From the NCBI GenBank assembly GCA_030390025.1, contig CM059432.1:152832001-152896000 (forward strand): a stretch of DNA of 64,000 bases. Reading direction: 5' to 3'. The translations under genes were made by a program, and so were the position numbers. This DNA comes from Squalus acanthias. Its lineage: Eukaryota. This document shows positions 26,222 to 38,306 of the stretch, one piece after another. The notes under the pieces are model-generated. The model was not told the DNA's origin. It saw nothing but the letters and a program-made list of their open reading frames with translations, and searched no databases. Within the stretch, counting starts at the first letter, position 1; every line of letters begins with the position of its first letter.

Positions 26222-27411
26222 AACAACAGAAAACGCTGGAAAAACTCAGCAGGCCAGGCAGCATCCGTGGAGAGTGAAACAGAGTTAACGTTTCAGGTTG
26301 AAGACCTTTCGTCAGAACTGGAAAAAAGCAGGAAATGAAATAGATTTAAAGCAAGTATAATGCTGGGAAAAGGGGGAGGGGATGAAAGAACAAAAGGCAA
26401 GGTCAGTGGTGGGATAGAAAGCAGGAGAGATTAAGAGACATAAAGAGATAATCAAGGCAAGAGGAGGTGGTAATGTGACAGGTAGAGGCTAGATGAAGTG
26501 TGAACTGCGCTGGCAGAATGAAGGACAGCTGCCAGCTTCTGGGAGGGAAAAAAAAGGCCAAATAAAAGGGTGGATGAAAAAAAAAAAATATATATATATG
26601 TGATAGGGGCCAAGGTTATGATCTGAAATTGTTGAACTCGATGTTGAGTCCAGAGGGCTGTAAAGTGCCTAAACGAAAGATGAGGTGCTGTTCCTCGAGC
26701 TTACGCTGAGCTTCCGTGGAACAGTGTAATAGGCCGAGGACGGTGAGGTCAGAGTGGGAGTGGAGCAGTGAATTAAAGTGACAGGCCACCGGGAGGTCGG
26801 GGTCCCCCTTACGGACTGAACGGAGGTGTTCCGCAAAGCTTTCACCCAATCTGCGATTGGTTTCCCCAATGTAGAGGAGACCACATCGTGAGCAGCGAAT
26901 ACAGTATACTAAATTGCAGGAAGTACAAGTAAATCGCTGTTTCACCTGGAAGCGGTGATTGGGGCCCTGGACAGTGGGAAGAGGGGAGGTATAAGGGCAT
27001 GTGTTGCATCTCCTGCGCTTGCACGGGAAGGTGCCGGGCGAAGGGGAAGGGGTGCTGGGGGTGGTAGAGGAGTGGACTAGGGTGTCGCAGAGGGAGCGGT
27101 CCCTGCGGAATGCTGAAAGGGGAGGTGAGGGGAAGATGCGTTTGGTGGTGGGATCACGCTGGAGGTGGCGGAAATGGCGGAGGATGATCCGTTGAATGTG
27201 GAGGCTGGTGGGATGAAAGGTGAGGACAAGGTGAACTCTATCGTGGTTCCGGGAGGGAGGGGCCGGGGTGAGGGCAGAAGTGCGGGAGATAGAACGGACA
27301 CGGTCGAGGGCCGTGTCAACCACAGTAGAGGGGAATCTTCGGTTGAGGAAAAAGGAAGACATGTCGGAAGCACTGGTATGGAAGGTGGCATCGTCAGAGC
27401 AGATGCGGCGG
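26222..27411 (-). mobile_element. Penelope-like retroelement 3' part: RT tail/linker, GIY-YIG endonuclease and terminal repeat (pLTR)
   Basis: Open frame to stop at 26616: RRICSDD...LVLTFHP...CKRRRCNTC...NLVYCIRCSRCGLLYIGETNRRL...FAEH...VACHF...LEEQHLIFRLGTLQPSGLN. Terminal repeat at ~26222-26325 is shared with 55978-56100 and 63862-63961. Confidence 0.92.
26283..26319 (-). ncRNA. Minimal type-I hammerhead ribozyme motif in the Penelope pLTR
   Basis: Minus strand AGUU-CUGACGA-A-AGGU-cuuca-ACCU-GAAA-CGUU-AACU: both core boxes, 4-bp stem II, palindromic AACGUU in place of stem III, 4-bp stem I. Confidence 0.75.
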
Positions 27412-27689
27412 ATATTTGGCAATGTTCTTTCCAACACCTGACACAAGTGGATAACTTGTTTAACATTATAATCTTGCACCAGGTTAGCAATTCACCACAA
27501 AAAGACCCTTTGGGTCTCAACTCTTACGATTTGGCCTTTATGTCAAGAGAATTTAAGATCCAAGTCATTACAGTTGAAGCTTCATATAGCCTATCTTTGA
27601 TGTTGGCGAGATATAGTCTGATTCAGAGACTCCCCAGGCAATCAAAACCAACGAGGAGATCAAATTGACCATGACTTATTTTACTTGGC

Positions 27690-28250
27690 ACCTATCTTTT
27701 TTATGACATGTCTCTGTCCCAGCCAGGAATCAGTCCAGCTCTCTTTTGAAGGTACACAATAATCAGCACTCACCGCACAAGCTGGCAACTTGTCCCATAG
27801 ATATATTCTCTGGGAAAAGAAGAACCGCCTACCATCTAACCTAGTTCTACCCTTGCGTAACTTATTAATTGGTCCTTTTCAACCTATTCCAATTCAAACA
27901 ATCTTCAATATTTTCTAGACCTCGATCAAATTGCTCCTGAGTCTTCACTTTTCTAAAGTGTATTTAGACCCAGCTTTTTAAGCCTATCTGGAAAGCTAAG
28001 ATATTTTCAACTGGAAATAAATCTTCTGGCCGCCCCACCCCCATCTGAACCTAGAGTCGCAATATTACCCACCATGTCAGGGGACCATAACTGGATACAG
28101 TGTTATAAATGAGGCTTAACCAAGGTCTTGTACAAGGTCACAATAGATATTGCTTCATGGCATTGGTCATGAGCCTTTAGAGAGTGGTGAATTATGATAC
28201 TGAGATCTTTTTCTTCTTCCATATTATTCAGTTCTGTTCCCTGTAAGGTG
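27690..28250 (-). mobile_element. Old degraded CR1-like fragment
   Basis: ccataactggatacagtgttataaatgaggcttaaccaaggtcttgtac is the reverse complement of the YKxLVRPHLEYCxQxW region; highly diverged. Confidence 0.55.
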
Positions 28251-28261
28251 TATTTATAATT

Positions 28262-28730
28262 AGGTATCAGACTTGTCTCAGTGGGGGTAGCACTCTCACC
28301 TCTGAGTCAGGAGGTTGTGGGTTCAAGTCCCACTCCAGAGACTTGAGCACACAATCTAGGCTAACACTTCAACAACAACAACAGCAGCTTGTATTTATTT
28401 ACTTCAGTACAGTATTGAGGAAGTGCTGCATTATCGGAGATGTCGTCTTTCGAATGACTCTTAGGTGGATGTAAAGGATCCCATGGCAATAGTCGAAGAA
28501 GAGCAAGGAAGTTCTCCCCAGTGTCCTGGGGCCAATATTTATCCCTCAGCAAACATCACTAAAAACAGATTATTTGGTCATTATCTCATAGCTGTTTGTG
28601 GAACCTTGCGGTGCGCATATTGGCTGCTACGTTTCCTACACTACAACAGTGACTATACTTCAAAAGTACTGTAAAGCGCTTTGGGACAGCCTGAGGTCGT
28701 GAAAGGCGCTATATAAATGCAATCCTTTTT
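28262..28730 (+). mobile_element. Deu-domain tRNA SINE, near full length
   Basis: B-box GGTTCAAGTCC at ~28320; core gatcccatggca...gaagagc...gtgtcctggggccaatatttatccctca; tail gaaaggcgctatataaatgcaa. Confidence 0.85.
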
Positions 28731-29796
28731 TTTGTCTATGCTTCATTGGGTTACATGATCCTCCAATTTGATGACTGACTTGTTTTGGGTGCAATCTAGA
28801 TTAGGCTGGCAAAAGCTCTTACTAAGAAAGTGTCGACCTTCATCCACTTGGGGGACTTAATGACATTGGAGCAGTTGCAGTTGCAGCTTTCACAGGACAT
28901 TCCCACGGTGCTTGCAGGGGCTCTCTTCCAACAGACCACTTCCTGGACACCAGATCAGCCGATTTACAGGCAAGACTTACCTTGGATCCTGGGACTGATA
29001 GCAGCTGTCATCCGCATAGTTTGTACTGTGTGTCTCCATTAGACCCTCTCCAAAGCAGAACAGTCTCCAGACCCTCTCCCTTGCACCAAGTGGTGCCCAT
29101 AGATACTTCATTAGCAGAAGCTCTATCATAGCGAAGTGTCAAAGCATCTGCCCTAACTCAGATTGTGAAGGCTAATGCCTCCCTGTCTGGGGGAAGAAGT
29201 AGGCATGGGCACCTAGATAGAATGTCAGTCAACCTGGCATATTAACAGGTTGGGACTATAGAAATGTCATTAACAGTACAGTACGTCCAACCCCAGTATC
29301 AATACAACTCAAACCTCCTGTGACTGGATAACTCGACAGTGTAAGTGAGTAAGGCCCACTGAGTCCACAGACGTCCTGGATTTAGGGTAAAGGGATAACC
29401 ATCTCAGCAGAGGCAGAAAAAGTAGCGAACAGGCTGAGTCACCAGAATGTGATCTTACCCGCAAGTGGATTCTGTACAGGAAATTGGAACGAGTCGGCTC
29501 AGCAGGCAGATCTGTTTAGCCTGAGCAAGAATGCAGAATTCTCCAGAGCACTGACAAAAGCAAAAAACAAATAAGTTACCATTTAAGATCCACCAGTTGT
29601 GCTCTTATTTTAAATGAACATAAATTTTGGGTTATTGTCAGCATATCATCACCATGGCAAAGTTAATGGAAAACAATTCAGAACTCAAAGATTCAAAGTG
29701 TCATTTATGAATAGTTTTATTTGCATATTCTCCTGTATGTAACTTTAAAAGATCCAAATGATTGCAGGTAATTTACCGCAAGTTTTTTTCCTGTAG

Positions 29797-30045
<249 letters not shown>

Positions 30046-30114
30046 TGATAGTGGACCTATGCTGCACTGTAGCGATTTCTCTGTCCCAACAAAATTAATA
30101 CTGTAGGTCAGAGG

Positions 30115-31430
30115 TACATAAGAAATAGGAGCAGGAGTCGGCCATTCGGCCCCTCGAACCTGCTCCGCCATTCAATAAGATCATGGCTGATCTTCTACCT
30201 CAACTCCACTTTCCTGCACTATCCCCATATCCCTTGATTCCCTTAGTCTCCAAAAATCTATCGATCTCTGTCTTGAATATACTCAACGACTGAGCCTCCA
30301 CAGCCCTCTGGGGTAGAGAATTCCAAAGATTCACCACCCTCTGAGTGAAGAAATTTCTCCTCATCTCAGTCCTAAATGGCCGACCCCTTATCCTGAGACT
30401 GTGACCCTCGTTCTAGACTCCCCAGCCAGGGGAAACATCCTCCCTGCATCTACCCTGTCAAGCCCTGTAAGAATTTTGTATGTTTCAATGAGATCACCTC
30501 TCATTCTTCTAAACTCTATAGAATATAGGCCAAGTCTATTCAATCTCTCCTCATAGGACAATCCCCCCATCCCAGGAATCAATCTGGTGAACCTTCGTTG
30601 CACTCCCTCTATGGCAAGTATATCCTTCCTTAGGTAAGGAGACCAAAACTGTGCACAATACTCCAGGTGTGGTCTCACCAGGGCCCTATATAATTGCAGT
30701 AAGACATCTTTACTCTTATACTCAAATCCTCTTGTAATAAAGGCCAACATACCATTTGCTTTCCTAATTGCTTGCTGTACCTGCATGTTAACTTTCAGTG
30801 ATTCGTGTACAAGGACACCCAGGTCCCTCTGAACACCAACATTTCCCAATCTCTCACCATTTAAAAAATACTCTGCTTTTCTATTTTTCCTACCAAAGTG
30901 GATAACTTCACATTTCTCCACATTATATTCCATTTGCCATGTTCTTGCCCACTCATTTAGCCTGTCTATATCCCCTTGAAGCCTCTTTGCATCCTCCTCA
31001 CAACTTACATTCCCATCCAGCTTTGTATCAGCAAACTTGGATCTATTACATTTGGTCCCCTCATCCAAATCATTGATGTAGATTGTGAATAGCTGAGGCC
31101 CAAGCACTGATCCTTGCGGTACCCCACTAGTTACAGCCTGCCAACCAAAAATGATCCATTTATTCCTAATCTCTGTTTTCTGTCCGTTAACCAATCCTCA
31201 ATCCATGCTAGTATATTACCCCCAATCCCATGAGCCCTAATTTTGTTTAATAACCTCTTGTGTGGCACCTTATCGAAAGCCTTCTGAAAATCCAAATACA
31301 CCACATCCACTGGTTCCCTCTTATCTATTCTGCTAGTTACAACCTCAAAAAACTCTAACAGATTTGTCAAACACGATTTCCCTTTCATAAATCCGTGTTG
31401 ACTCTGCCCAATCCTATTATTATTTTCTAG
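30115..31430 (-). mobile_element. CR1 LINE 3' part (same subfamily as 551-2088)
   Basis: [42 protein letters not shown] with frameshifts; 3'UTR gatcagccatgatc...gaatggcggagcagg. Confidence 0.93.
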
Positions 31431-31487
31431 ATGTTCCCCATAATGTAACTTGCTTCCACAATGAGAGTAACAGTATGTTTTGAAATT

Positions 31488-34400
31488 TTCTTCTTCTTCT
31501 TCTGCTTCTTAGGCAGTCCCTCGGAACCGAGGATGACTTGCTTCCACATTAAAAATTAGTTCTCAGGTGACTGATGAGTCCAAAGCGGGACCACTCTGTC
31601 ACAGGTGGGGCAGACGGTGGTTGAAGGGGCGGGTGGGTGGGGTGCTTGGGTTGACGTGCGCTCCTTCCGCTGTTTGCGCTTGGCTTCCGCTTGCTCCCGA
31701 CGAAGAGACTCGAGGTGTTCGGCGCCTTCCCGGATGCTTCTCCTCCACTTTGTGCGGTCTTGGGCCAGGGATTCCCAGGTGTCAGTGGGGATGTTGCACT
31801 TTTTCAAGGAGACTTTGAGGGTGTCCTTGAAGCGTTTCCTCTGCCCACCTGGGGCTCTCTTGCCGTGCCGGAGCTCCGAGTAGAGAGCTTGTTTTGGGAG
31901 TCTCGTATCGGGCATGCGGACGATGTGACCCGTCCATCGGAGCTGATCGAACGTGGTCAAAGCTTCGATGCTGGGGATGTTGGCCTGAGCGAGAACACTG
32001 ACGTTGGTGCACCTATCCTGCCAATGGATTTGCAGGATCTTGTGGAGGCAGCATTGGTGGTACCTCTCCAGTGCTTTGAGGTGCCTGCTGTACATGGTCC
32101 ATGTCTCTGAGGCATACAGCAGGGCGGGTATCACTGCTGCTCTGTAGACCATGAGCTTAGTGCCGGATTTGAGGTCCTGGTCTTCAAACACTCTCTTCCT
32201 CAGGTGACCGAAGGCTGCACTGGCACACTGAAGGCGGTGTTGGACTTCGTCGTCGACGTCTGCCCTTGTTGACAGTAGGCTCCCGAGGTATGGAAAGTGG
32301 TCCACGTTGTCCAAGGCCTTGTCATGGATTTTGATAATCGGGGGGCAGTACTGTGTGGCGGGGGCAGGTTGGTAGAGGACCTTTGTCTTACGGATGTTTA
32401 GTGTAAGGCCCATGCTCTCATACGCTTCGGTGAAGGTGTTGACGATGGTTTGGAGTTCGACCTCCGAGTGAGCGCAGACACAAGCGTCGTCTGCATGCTG
32501 TAATTTGACGACAGAGGATGGGACGACCTTGGATCTGGACTGGAGGCGACGGAGGTTGAACAGTTTCCCGTTTGTTCTGTAAATTAGCTCCACTCCAGTG
32601 GGGAGCTTACTGAGGGTGAGATGGAGCATTGCAGCAAGGAAGATCGAGAAGAGCGTTGGTACGATGACACAGCCTTGCTTGACCCCGGTTCGTACGTGAA
32701 TTGGGTCTGTGGTGGAACCGTTGGTCAGGATCACGGCTTGCATGTCGTCGTGAAGCAGGCGGAGGATGGTGACAAACTTTTGAGGACAGCCAAATTTGAG
32801 GAGGACACTCCATAATCCCTCACAGTTGACAGTGTCGAAGGCCTTTGTGAGATCAAAGAAGGCCATGTACAGCGGTTGGTGCTGTTCCCTGCATTTCTCT
32901 TGTAATTGACGTGTGGTGAAGATCATGTCCATTGTGCCCCTTAGTGGGCGGAATCCGCATTGCGACTCTGGGAGGAGCTCTTCGGCCACTGGGAGAAGGC
33001 GATTGAGGAGGATTCTTGCGATGACTTTCCCTGTGGTAGACAGCAGGGAAACTCCTCTGTAATTACCGCAATCGGACTTGTCACCTTTCTTGAAGATGGT
33101 CACAATTACGGCATCTCTGAGATCCCCTGGCATGCTCTCCTCCTTACGGATAAGAGAAATGAGTTCATGAATTCACGCCAGTAGTGCTTCTCCGCCATGC
33201 TTTAGTGCCTCGGCAGGGATTCCATCTGCTCCTGAGGCCTTGTTGTTCTTCAGTTGTCGGATGGCCTTTTCAACCTCATGCTGGGCTGGGGTTGTGCTGA
33301 GATGGTGGCGGGTAGCATGCTGCGGGATGGAGTTGAGGACACTCGCGTCGAAGACAGAGTCGCGGTTAAGGAGATCTTTGAAGTGCTCCTTCCAGCGGGT
33401 ACTGACTGCCTCTCTGTTCTTGATGAGTACCTCTCCGTTCTTGGCCCGCAGAGGGGTAGGGCCTTGGGTGCTTGGGCCGTAGATGGTCTTGACTGCGCTA
33501 AAGAATCCACGCACGTCGTGGTTGTCGGCTAGCTGCTGGATCTCCTGCGCTTTCTCCACCCACCATCTGTTCTTTAGGTCGCGAGTTTTTTGTTGGACCT
33601 CGGCCTTCAGGCGTCTGTAGAGCTGCTTTCTTGCTCTCAAGTTCTGTTGCTGTTTCCAGATCAGGAATGCCTTGCGCTTCCGGATTATTAGCTCCTGGAT
33701 CTCCTGGTCGTTCTCGTCGAACCAGTCTTGGTGTTTCCTGGTCGAGTGACCGAGCGTCTCTTCACAGGTGCTGATTATGGAAGCCTTGAGTGCAGACCAG
33801 GCGCTGTGGACACTCTGTGTCTCTGCATCACTGGGAGTCATCAGGTTGTTTGTGAGGCGCAGGCTGAATAGGACTTTCTTAGCGGGGTCTTTGAGTGCTC
33901 CAGCGTTAATTTTCCTGCGGCATTGTTTCTGTTGCCGCCGCTGCTTTGGGGCTACGTTGATGGAGATGACAGAGCGGATTAGGCGATGGTCTGTCCAGCA
34001 GTCGTCAGCTCCTGTCATGGCGCGGGTGATGCGGACGTCCTTGCGGTCCCTCGCTCGGACAATGACGTAGTCCAGCAGATGCCGGTGCTTGGAGCGAGGG
34101 TGCTGCCATGAAGCCTTGTACTTGTCTCTCTGACGGAACAAGGTGTTGGTTATGACAAGGCCATGTTCTAAGCATTTCGACAGGAGGAGGGTACCATTGG
34201 AGTTGGCTTTCCCTACCCCCTCTCTGCCGATCACACCGCCCCAGAGGTCTGTGTCCTTTCCAACTCTGGCGTTAAAGTCTCCAAGGAGGATCAGCTTGTC
34301 GCCCGTTGGGACTCGGGACAGGGATTGTTCGAGGCTGGAGTAGAATTCCTCTTTGGTCTCGTCTGTGGCTTCCAGTGTTGGGGCGTACGCACTGATGACT

Positions 34401-34890
34401 GTAGCACACTGGTTCTGGGCTAGGGTGAGCCGAAGAGTCATGAAGCGCTCGTTTATACCGCATGGGGAGTCTCTGAGACGTTCAACTAGCTCATTTTTAT
34501 GGCGAAGCCTACCCCATGGAGGCGCCGTTCTTCTTCAGGTTTGCCTTTCCAGAAGAAGGTGTAGCCACCACCTTGCTCCTTGAGCTGGCCTTCCCCTGCC
34601 CGCCGGGTCTCACTTAGGGCGGCGATGTCTATGTCGGAATGTCTGAGCTCCCGGGCAACGATAGCAGTACGGCGTTCCGGTCTGTCACTGTTGGGATTGT
34701 CCATGAGGGTCCTGACGTTCCAGGTCCCAAACTTCATTTTAAAGGGTGGAAGATGCCTGTGCGTGAATTCTTTTAACGTGGGGTGGCCGCTGCACACCAG
34801 CCACCACACGGGCTTGACAGAGCAAGGTCTTGGTCCAAGGGCAAGGGGATCCAAGACGATTGGAGGCCAAGCTCTGCTACAACGGCCTAG
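31488..34890 (-). mobile_element. RTE-clade LINE, near full length, inactivated
   Basis: Single APE-RT ORF from MKFGTWNVRTL: ALSETR, SAYAPT, LGDFNARVG, TDHRL, GNYRGVSLL, QCGFR, DLTKAFD, GVKQGC, LQHADD. Frameshift ~34490, in-frame TGA at 33173-33175, frameshift near the C-terminus, (GAA)n 3' tail at ~31488-31510. 5' boundary uncertain. Confidence 0.95.
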
Positions 34891-35707
34891 CACACACACA
34901 CAAACATACTGCTACTGTCCTCCTCCCTCCTTCCCGCAGGTCCTCTCTGCCTGGGTTTCATAGGATGCATTGTGGTCCTCCCGACCTCGCTGTTGGCTCG
35001 TGCCGCACCTTCCCCGGGCCCCGACCCCGCTGCTGGTCCAGGCTGCACCACTCCTGGGCCTTGACCTCGCTGCTGGGCTCGTCCTTGCTCCTGGGTCCCG
35101 GCCTCGGACATGAATGATGTTGTCTCTCACAGGATCAAATTAGCACTGATATTCTCGCGATCCCTGGCCCTGAACTCCACTCGCGATTCACTAGTCACTA
35201 GTTCACTAGTCTAGTGGAGAAGCGTAGTCTTGACGGCAGAGAGGTCTGGGAATTTGGGAGCTAAGTTTAAGTGAAGAGCCAGTGCTCACTGAGAACAAAG
35301 AACAGGCATGGTCGGGGGATGGGCAGTGGGCTCAGGTAACTTTAACCTTGCAGCTTGAACTTGCAGTTAGGGATAAAATGCACCCACTGTTAGAGCCAGG
35401 GGAACTTAAACAGCAGAAGAGAGGAGACTGGGGGGATAGAGAGCAAAGGATGGCAACGGATGGCCAAGGATGGCAAAGTTTTGAAATAATGTAGCAGCAA
35501 CATACAAATTTCTTGACTTGTTAGGAAGTGGTCACTAATTCCAATGGCCTAATGTACATGTATCACAGAGCAATTCTTAGTGAACGTCATTATGGTAGAC
35601 TTGTTTGGTTGCTCATCCTTAGTCAACATTTCAACGCAATGTTAAGAGGAAAGTGATGTGTTCCATTTTGATTTCCAAACCTTGGTTTAAGGTCAATTTT
35701 TTACAAT

Positions 35708-36282
35708 TGTGGGTCCAAGCTCCACTTCAAAGGCTTGGGCACATCATGTAGGATGGCTTTTCAGTGCAGTATAGAGGGATTGCTGTATTTCAGATGAGAC
35801 GTTAAACCGAAGCCTAGTTTCCCTTTTCAGTTCAAATCAAAGATCTTGCGGCACAATTTGAAGAGGAGCAGAGCATTTTCCCAGTATCTTGTTAAACACA
35901 AGTTTAATTAGCTATTAATCTATTTTGGTGATTGTGGGACCTTGCTGTGTGCATTTGGCTGCCATGTTTGTCCATGTAACAATCGTGACTGCTTTGGGAT
36001 GTCCGGAGGATGTGATAAGACATTAGATAAACAGAATTATTTCCTCTGTTTAAGCAAGAAAAGAAAGAAAGACTTGCATTTCTATAGCTCCTTTCATGAC
36101 CTCAGGACCTCTCAAAGCGCTTTACAGCCAGTGAAGTACTTTTAAAGTGTGGTCACTGTTGTACTGTAGGGAATACGGCAGCCAATTTACACACAGCAAG
36201 CTCCCACAAACAGCAATGTGATGATGACCAGATAATCTGTTTTTTTTCGTGCTGTTAATTGAGAGATAAATATTGGCCAGAA
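35708..36282. mobile_element. Two Deu-SINE remnants tail to tail (+ copy ~35708-36040; - copy ~36060-36282)
   Basis: agatgagacgttaaaccga core on +; aaagaaagacttgcatttctatagc...aaatattggccag on -. Confidence 0.7.
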
Positions 36283-36579
36283 CAGGCTGTAATCTTGCTC
36301 ATAATATGTACTTATTGTCTAACCTGTCAAATTGTCTTAAACAACACAAGCACATGAGCTGTTTGGATGCATAAATGTCATTGGGAGTCACTTTGGACTG
36401 GTTGCAGTACACAGTGCTAGTTTATTTCCCACCCTCTTTGTTTTGCTCTGTTTTCTAAATCCCAGTGCTGAGCTTACTGTTATTCTCAAGTCGTAACCAT
36501 TTTTTATAAGACACTCGTGCTCTTTCACTTTCTACATCAAGATTACAGAAAATGTTTTGGAGGGAGACAGTAATAAAGA

Positions 36580-37015
36580 GAAAACGAGTTACATTTATAC
36601 AGCGCTTTTCACAACCTCAGGACATCCCAAAGCACTTCACAGCCAATTAAGTATTTTTGAAGTGTTGTCACTGTTGTAATGTAGGAAACACGGCAGCCAA
36701 TTTGCGCAAAGCAAGGTCCCACAAACAGCAATTAAATAAATGACCAGATCATCTGTTTTAGGTGTTGGTTGAGGGATAAATGTTGGCCAGGTCACCGGGG
36801 AGAACTCCCCTGCTCTTTTTCGAATAGTGCCACGGGATCTTTTATGGCCACCCGACAGGAAAGACGGGGCCTCGGTCTAATGTCTCATCTGAACAACAGC
36901 ACCTCTAACAGTGCAGCACTGCCTCAATACTGCACAGAAGAGCCAGACTAGATTATGTGCTCATAACCTTCTGACTCAAAGGTGATAGCGCTACAACTTA
37001 GCCAAGGCTGACACC
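36580..37015 (-). mobile_element. Deu-domain tRNA SINE
   Basis: Full reverse-complement match to 58920-59386, ending ccaaggctgacac. Confidence 0.85.
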
Positions 37016-38306
37016 TCAGTTATTCAGATTGTTTGATCCTGTGAAAATGTTAGGTGTTTTATTTTCGCACCATTTCAAGCTTTGTGATTGTAAAATTGCG
37101 TTAACAGTAAGTTGTGATTTTACACTGTGTTCATGATGCGGAGATGCCGGTGTTTACACTGTGTTGCCAGAGCTGAGTGCAGTTTACTTTCCAGAGAATA
37201 TCCATGTTGGGGCTTGATTTTCCCAGTCAGATATTTTCGTTGAGGAACGGTGCTGGAAGGAAATGCTGATCAGGAAATCTATTTTCCTCCATTAATTTGA
37301 ATGGACGTAAAATCAGGAACACCTCCACATTTAAAATGGGCAGTCGCCTATATCATTCAAAGAGTGATAACCATAACATTTGCATTAACATCAATTTCAA
37401 AGTTGCTGGTTACAGTGTCTTCAGTGCTCCATTTATTTCGGGCAGAAACAGAAATGCTAGTTTTTTTTTGCAGCTGGACATGTATTTTGTATTCAATCTA
37501 ATACCCTCCAAGAAAAACAAAAAGCAATTCTTTCACCAATTAATTTCAGTCTTTGTTAATCTACATCACACTCTGCAAATTGTAGCCAGCATAATTAGCT
37601 TTCGAGTCAAAGTACAAAGCTCCAGCAGCTGTGGCAACATTCAGTTCAAGCCTTTAAACATCCTTCAGGCAATAACAACTTATTAAAAGTGGTGCTTACC
37701 TGCCATAAAGTCTGTCAAACGTTAACACTGAACCTGCTCTACACTGAATACCAGTGGTCAGCGTCTGATCCCTGCAGCTTGACGTCTGAAACCATGTTCC
37801 AAGATTAGAAACTGATTGTAGCTTCGAATTAATAGGAACAAGGAGCACAAACACTGCCTGATGACAGTTTTATATAAAGTATTTATTGATCCCTAAAAGA
37901 TGCAGTCTGTCCCTGGAATAAGGATTGGGGGAAATTCACAGACATGTTTCCTTATAAAGTTTGTTTAATTTGAGCCTCTCTCCTGACCTGACAATCCGGG
38001 AACAATTTAGATGAGGTGTCCCAAAGCTGGGTGATTCTAACACTCACACAGTTCCTTTATATAAGTTTCATAAAAGTAGGTATTTTTTCCATGTTATTCC
38101 GGTCATCTCATATAACGGGCAAATTGTCTGAACGTAAACGCGCCCGCAATAAGTGGTGGGGACTGTATTCAATACTCAGAATCCAATCACTCTTATGGAT
38201 ATTTTTAATTAAGTACCAATTATATACATTTCACCCTCTTTGTTGTCACTCTGCTTGAAGCTTCTGTTGTCCTACATGTTCCCTGACCTTTGAGGGAAAG
38301 AAACTA

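Noticed and set aside
31477..35487. GTTTTGAAAT at 31477-31486 and 35478-35487 as the RTE target-site duplication
   Set aside because: Possible, but the motif is low-complexity and 34890-35477 cannot be shown to belong to the RTE; needs a family consensus.
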